NCBI GenBank assembly: GCA_965178125.1 | Contig: OZ237752.1 | Coordinates: forward strand, 868,001-932,000 | Length of the DNA: 64,000 nucleotides | Reading direction: 5' to 3' | From: Bilabrum cf. latius | Taxonomy: Eukaryota | Part shown: positions 60,750-64,000 of the stretch, in pieces | How positions within the stretch are numbered: the stretch's first letter is position 1 | How the letters are laid out: every line of letters starts with the position of its first letter | The notes under the pieces: model-generated | Told to the model about the DNA's origin: nothing | Database searches by the model: none | What the model saw: only the letters and a program-made list of their open reading frames with translations | Translations under genes and position numbers: made by a program

Positions 60750-63700
60750 GTGAGGACGTACCAGCGCGGAAGCGGGGCCTGCTCATCCATGGCCGGCCTC
60801 GGGTCGTACCCCCGGCGATGCCCCAGCGCCTCTGCAGGCGCGTCGTACCTGTCTACTGCCCACCCGTTGGCAGCGGTCACCGGCGGGGGCAGCGCCCAGT
60901 CGTTGGCGGTCTCCGGTGCGGGGAGCGCGTGCGGGGGCACTGCTGCCGTGGTGCAGTGGCCGATGACGTGCTCCGTGGAGGCAGGCGGTGCAGCCATCAG
61001 CGCGAATGCGACGGCTCGGAGGGTACCCGCCAGTCCCAGCTCCGATGCGTTGTCTCCCAAAGAGCCGTCCTCCTTTCCCTCTACGTCCTCGGCCTCGTCC
61101 TCCCCTACGAGCTCGATCCCCGCCTTGGCTGCTGCCTCCCTTGCCTCTGCCTCCCCCGACAGGTGCCCGGCGTCCACCACGGGGTCGTCTGCCGCCAGCG
61201 CCAGCAGACACACCTTCTCGCCCCCCGCCGCACCTTGTTCCCTGAGAACCATCGCGGCGGCCTCGAGACGACCCACGACCGTGGCGCCAGGCACCTGCCC
61301 GAGGAGACCGGCTGTACCACTGAGCAGCAGGGAGGCGGGCTCGTAGGGCAGGCCGCACGCGAGGTGAGGTGGCAGCGAGCTGGCCGAAGGGCCGGCCGCC
61401 GCTCGAGCAGGGGACCTGTCCTGGACCCCTTCCGCCCCTTCACCCTCCTTTCCTTCCTCCTCCTCCCGTGCCTGATTTCCGGGACTCGCCCCAGCCACCA
61501 CCACCTCCCCTCCCGGTCCCCGAAGCAGCCTGCCCGCCCCGGGCCCGTGCCTCCACACCGACTGCAGCGGCGCGGGAGGCGTGCCCACCTGGGGCCCGTG
61601 CAGCCCCGGGGGCGGCTCCAGGCTTGTTCCCTGGAGCGCCGTCTCGCCCACGGCGTACGCGGATCGCTCCAGGCGAGCCCAGGTGCCAGGGTCCATGAGA
61701 TTGGGTCCCATGGCCTGCAGCTGGGCCCGGCGGATGTCGCCCTTGCCGAACGCCACGTCAGCGTACGCCAGCGTGAAGGCGCGGCTGCCCGTGCCTCGAC
61801 CCTCGTCGTCGAAGCGCCCCGGCTCCCGCGTGCCCCCGACACCCGGGTGCACCTGGACGCTGGTCCCATCGCCGTCGCTCCACCGCATTGCGTCCTGCCA
61901 GCGCCGCAGGGCGCTGCCACGGGGTGGCAGCGGCACGCTCTCGGCCGCAACCACCAGCCGCACGAGCCGTGCGAGCGCCCGCACGGCCTCCCTGTTCGGC
62001 GGCATGGGCAGGTCCGTGGACGTGCCCCCCAGCGCGCGCGCGTCCGCCCCGTCGAGCCCCACGACAGAGGGGTCCCCCACGCGGCCCGCCACGCCCCTCT
62101 CCCGGTCCAGCCGGGCCCGCCTCTGTGCCCTGGCGGCGGCCAGCCGCACCGCTTCCCTTGGAAACGCCACGCCCACCTCCTGGCTCGCCACCTCTTGTGC
62201 CCCCAGCGCCCACTAGACAGCGTCAAAGGCGCGCAGCTCCGCGCACTCCGCCTCCCGCAAGGAGGAGACCAGCCCCGCAGCGCGGGCCTCCTCCGCGGCC
62301 TCCTCCGCCGTGGCCCGCTCGATACTCGTCAGCTCTGCAGGCAGTCCCGGTGACGAGGCCTCGCCGCCCGGATTGTTCTAGCCTGCCACCGTCTGCCTGG
62401 GGGCAAGCGAGCCGGCCCCGGCCTCCATGGACACGGGCGTGGCATCTGTGCCGCTGAACTCTGTGGCGCCGTCCGTCGCATCTTGCGGCTGCGAGCCGTC
62501 TTCCTCTTCCGCTGCGTGCTCCCGGCCGCCTCCATCTTCCACAGCACCACCATCGCCACCGTCGCCAGCTGCTGCTGACGATGCCAGCCTCGCCGCATTC
62601 TGGGCCGCCTTGCTGACCCCCTCCTGCTCCGGGGGCCCGCCGATGAGCTGCCTCGCCGCCTCGCCCTCCGTCTCCTCTCGAGCAGCCCTCCTCGCCTCCC
62701 GCGCCTCGGCGATTTGTTCTCTGGCGTCCCGGAGGGCACCCTCGGCTGCTTCCCGCTCCGAGGTGCGCCGCTCGGCGTCTGACCGAAGCATGCGCACGAG
62801 CGGGGCCCAGAAGGCCTCCTGGGGAACAGGGCAGCGCATGGTGCACCCCATCCGGGGAACAACGGCCTCCAGGACGACCCCGCGAGCCACCCCGCTGGCT
62901 TCGAGCACCATGCCCCGGCCGGGCCTCGCGTCGTCCTCGTCGTCGTCGTCGTCCTCTTCTTCTTCTTGCTGCTCGGCCCCGTCCGCACCCACCGCCCTGC
63001 CACCGTCAAAGAACGCGACGGTCTGCTCCCCCGGAGTGTCTGCCCCGCCTCCCGCCTACGGTGACGTCGCCCGTCCCGCCTGATTCCCGCTCAATATCGA
63101 CTCCGGGTCCTCAGCCCGCTCCAGCGCGGCCTCCTCGGCCCCCGGCTCGGTGGCGGGCACCACCGCGCTGACCAGCAGCTCCAGCGAGAGCCGGACCTTG
63201 CCCCAGACCGGGTCACCACCTGGAGTGAAATGGCCAGAAGCGCTGCCTCCTCCTCTTCCTCTTCTTCCTCCTTCTTCCCCACCCGCCATCAGCTCATCGT
63301 CCTCGCCCTCCTGCGCCTCCAGCCCGCTCTCCGCATCTGCAGGCACCGAGGGCCCCGCCCCCATCGACAACCAGACCGGCTGCTCTAGCCAGGGCACCTG
63401 CACCGACACGCCGCAGCTGACGGGCTCCCGGAGAGGGGGCGGGGCCCCGTTGAGCAAATCGCTGCCCCGCTGCCGCACCTTGGACAGGTCCGAGTGGCCC
63501 TCCCCGGTTGCAACCGCGCCGTCCAAGGCCCGGGCCAGGGACACGGACTGCACCTGGTGGTGACCCGCGTGCAGGGAGGCCTCGTCCCGCCTGCCCTCCA
63601 GGGCCCGACGGGCCACCACCACCTCGGGGTGCTGCGGGGCCCCCGCCCGATTGGCACCCCCCACGAGCGCCGCGTGACCCCCGTATGGGGTCCGCCTCCA

Positions 63701-64000
63701 CGCCATGGGGGCATCCGCTGGAAGATCGCCCGCCAGCCACACGGCGCGCACGTCGAGCGTGTAGACGCGCCTGGCGGCCCGCTCCCGAGCGGCGGCCCTG
63801 GCGGCTCTGTTCTCCGACGCAATGACGTCAGCGACACCACGGAACAAGGGGTGCTGCTGCGCCTGCACCACCGGCACCACAACGCCTTCTTCCTCCTCCA
63901 ATCTCTGGGCCTCTTCAGCGGCGGCCCGGCCCGCCTCGTACGCACGCTGCCTCGCCACTTCGTCTCGGAAGCGTCGGTACAGGGAGCGAATGGTCCAGTC
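56543..64000 (-). CDS. Giant protein (>2480 aa, 5'-truncated) with WW-like domains, an EF-hand and C-terminal ankyrin repeats; 4 in-frame TAG
   Basis: ORFs 63056.., 62378.., 60716.. and 56543.. are in one frame with TAG at 63056, 62378, 62213, 60716. WW-like VWYYQPEREESSWDPP and IDPASGAVYWVSSRTGASVW. EF-hand DRDGDGTVSLRDW. Ankyrin DEKGNTLVITACQNGN..LLRRGADPNVQNSAGNTALH. Ends TGA. Confidence 0.8.

Noticed and set aside
1-64000. Reading the stop-interrupted genes as pseudogenes or sequencing errors
   Set aside because: Interruptions are exclusively TAG, never TAA, TGA or frameshifts. They affect essential genes such as RBM22, and motifs stay intact downstream.
1-64000. Pyrrolysine or selenocysteine recoding, or a TAG-recoded phage/prokaryote
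   Set aside because: Spliceosomal introns and eukaryote-specific genes are present. TAG occurs in polyQ tracts and at conserved Gln positions rather than catalytic sites, and TGA behaves as the stop.
1-64000. Transposons, endogenous virophage or other mobile elements
   Set aside because: No transposase, integrase, reverse transcriptase or capsid motifs, and no AT-rich island or terminal repeats were seen.

Overview
Gene-dense, GC-rich eukaryotic nuclear DNA with short GT-AG introns, mostly near gene 5' ends. The organism is probably a flagellated protist; the long Ala/Gly-rich low-complexity insertions suggest a bicosoecid-like stramenopile, but that is inference only. The supplied ORF track is fragmented because the genome uses a non-standard code. 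About 80 in-frame TAG codons (manual count) interrupt otherwise continuous frames, including at conserved Gln positions and inside CAG polyQ tracts. All 15 reconstructed genes end in TGA, and I saw no in-frame TAA. With UAG=Gln the window resolves into: TIP41-like (5' partial), dual-specificity phosphatase with UBA-like tail, Qb-type SNARE, NME8/dynein-light-chain-type thioredoxin (absent from the ORF track), a ~2700-aa PB1-MAP3K-WD40 kinase, a ~1770-aa heme peroxidase-DOMON-DOMON-cytochrome b561-cytochrome b5-FAD/NAD reductase fusion whose gene has a 5-nt microexon, two large orphan membrane proteins, a 4-exon B12D/NDUFA4-like gene, a protein with five PFU-like repeats, a ZGRF1-like helicase, tRNA-Leu(CAG) followed by a tandem array that re-copies its 3' end, a secreted triple bulb-type lectin, a low-complexity orphan, RBM22, and a 5'-partial WW/EF-hand/ankyrin protein. 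The best candidates for new biology are the UAG-only reassignment and the single-chain DUOX-analogous peroxidase/electron-transfer protein.
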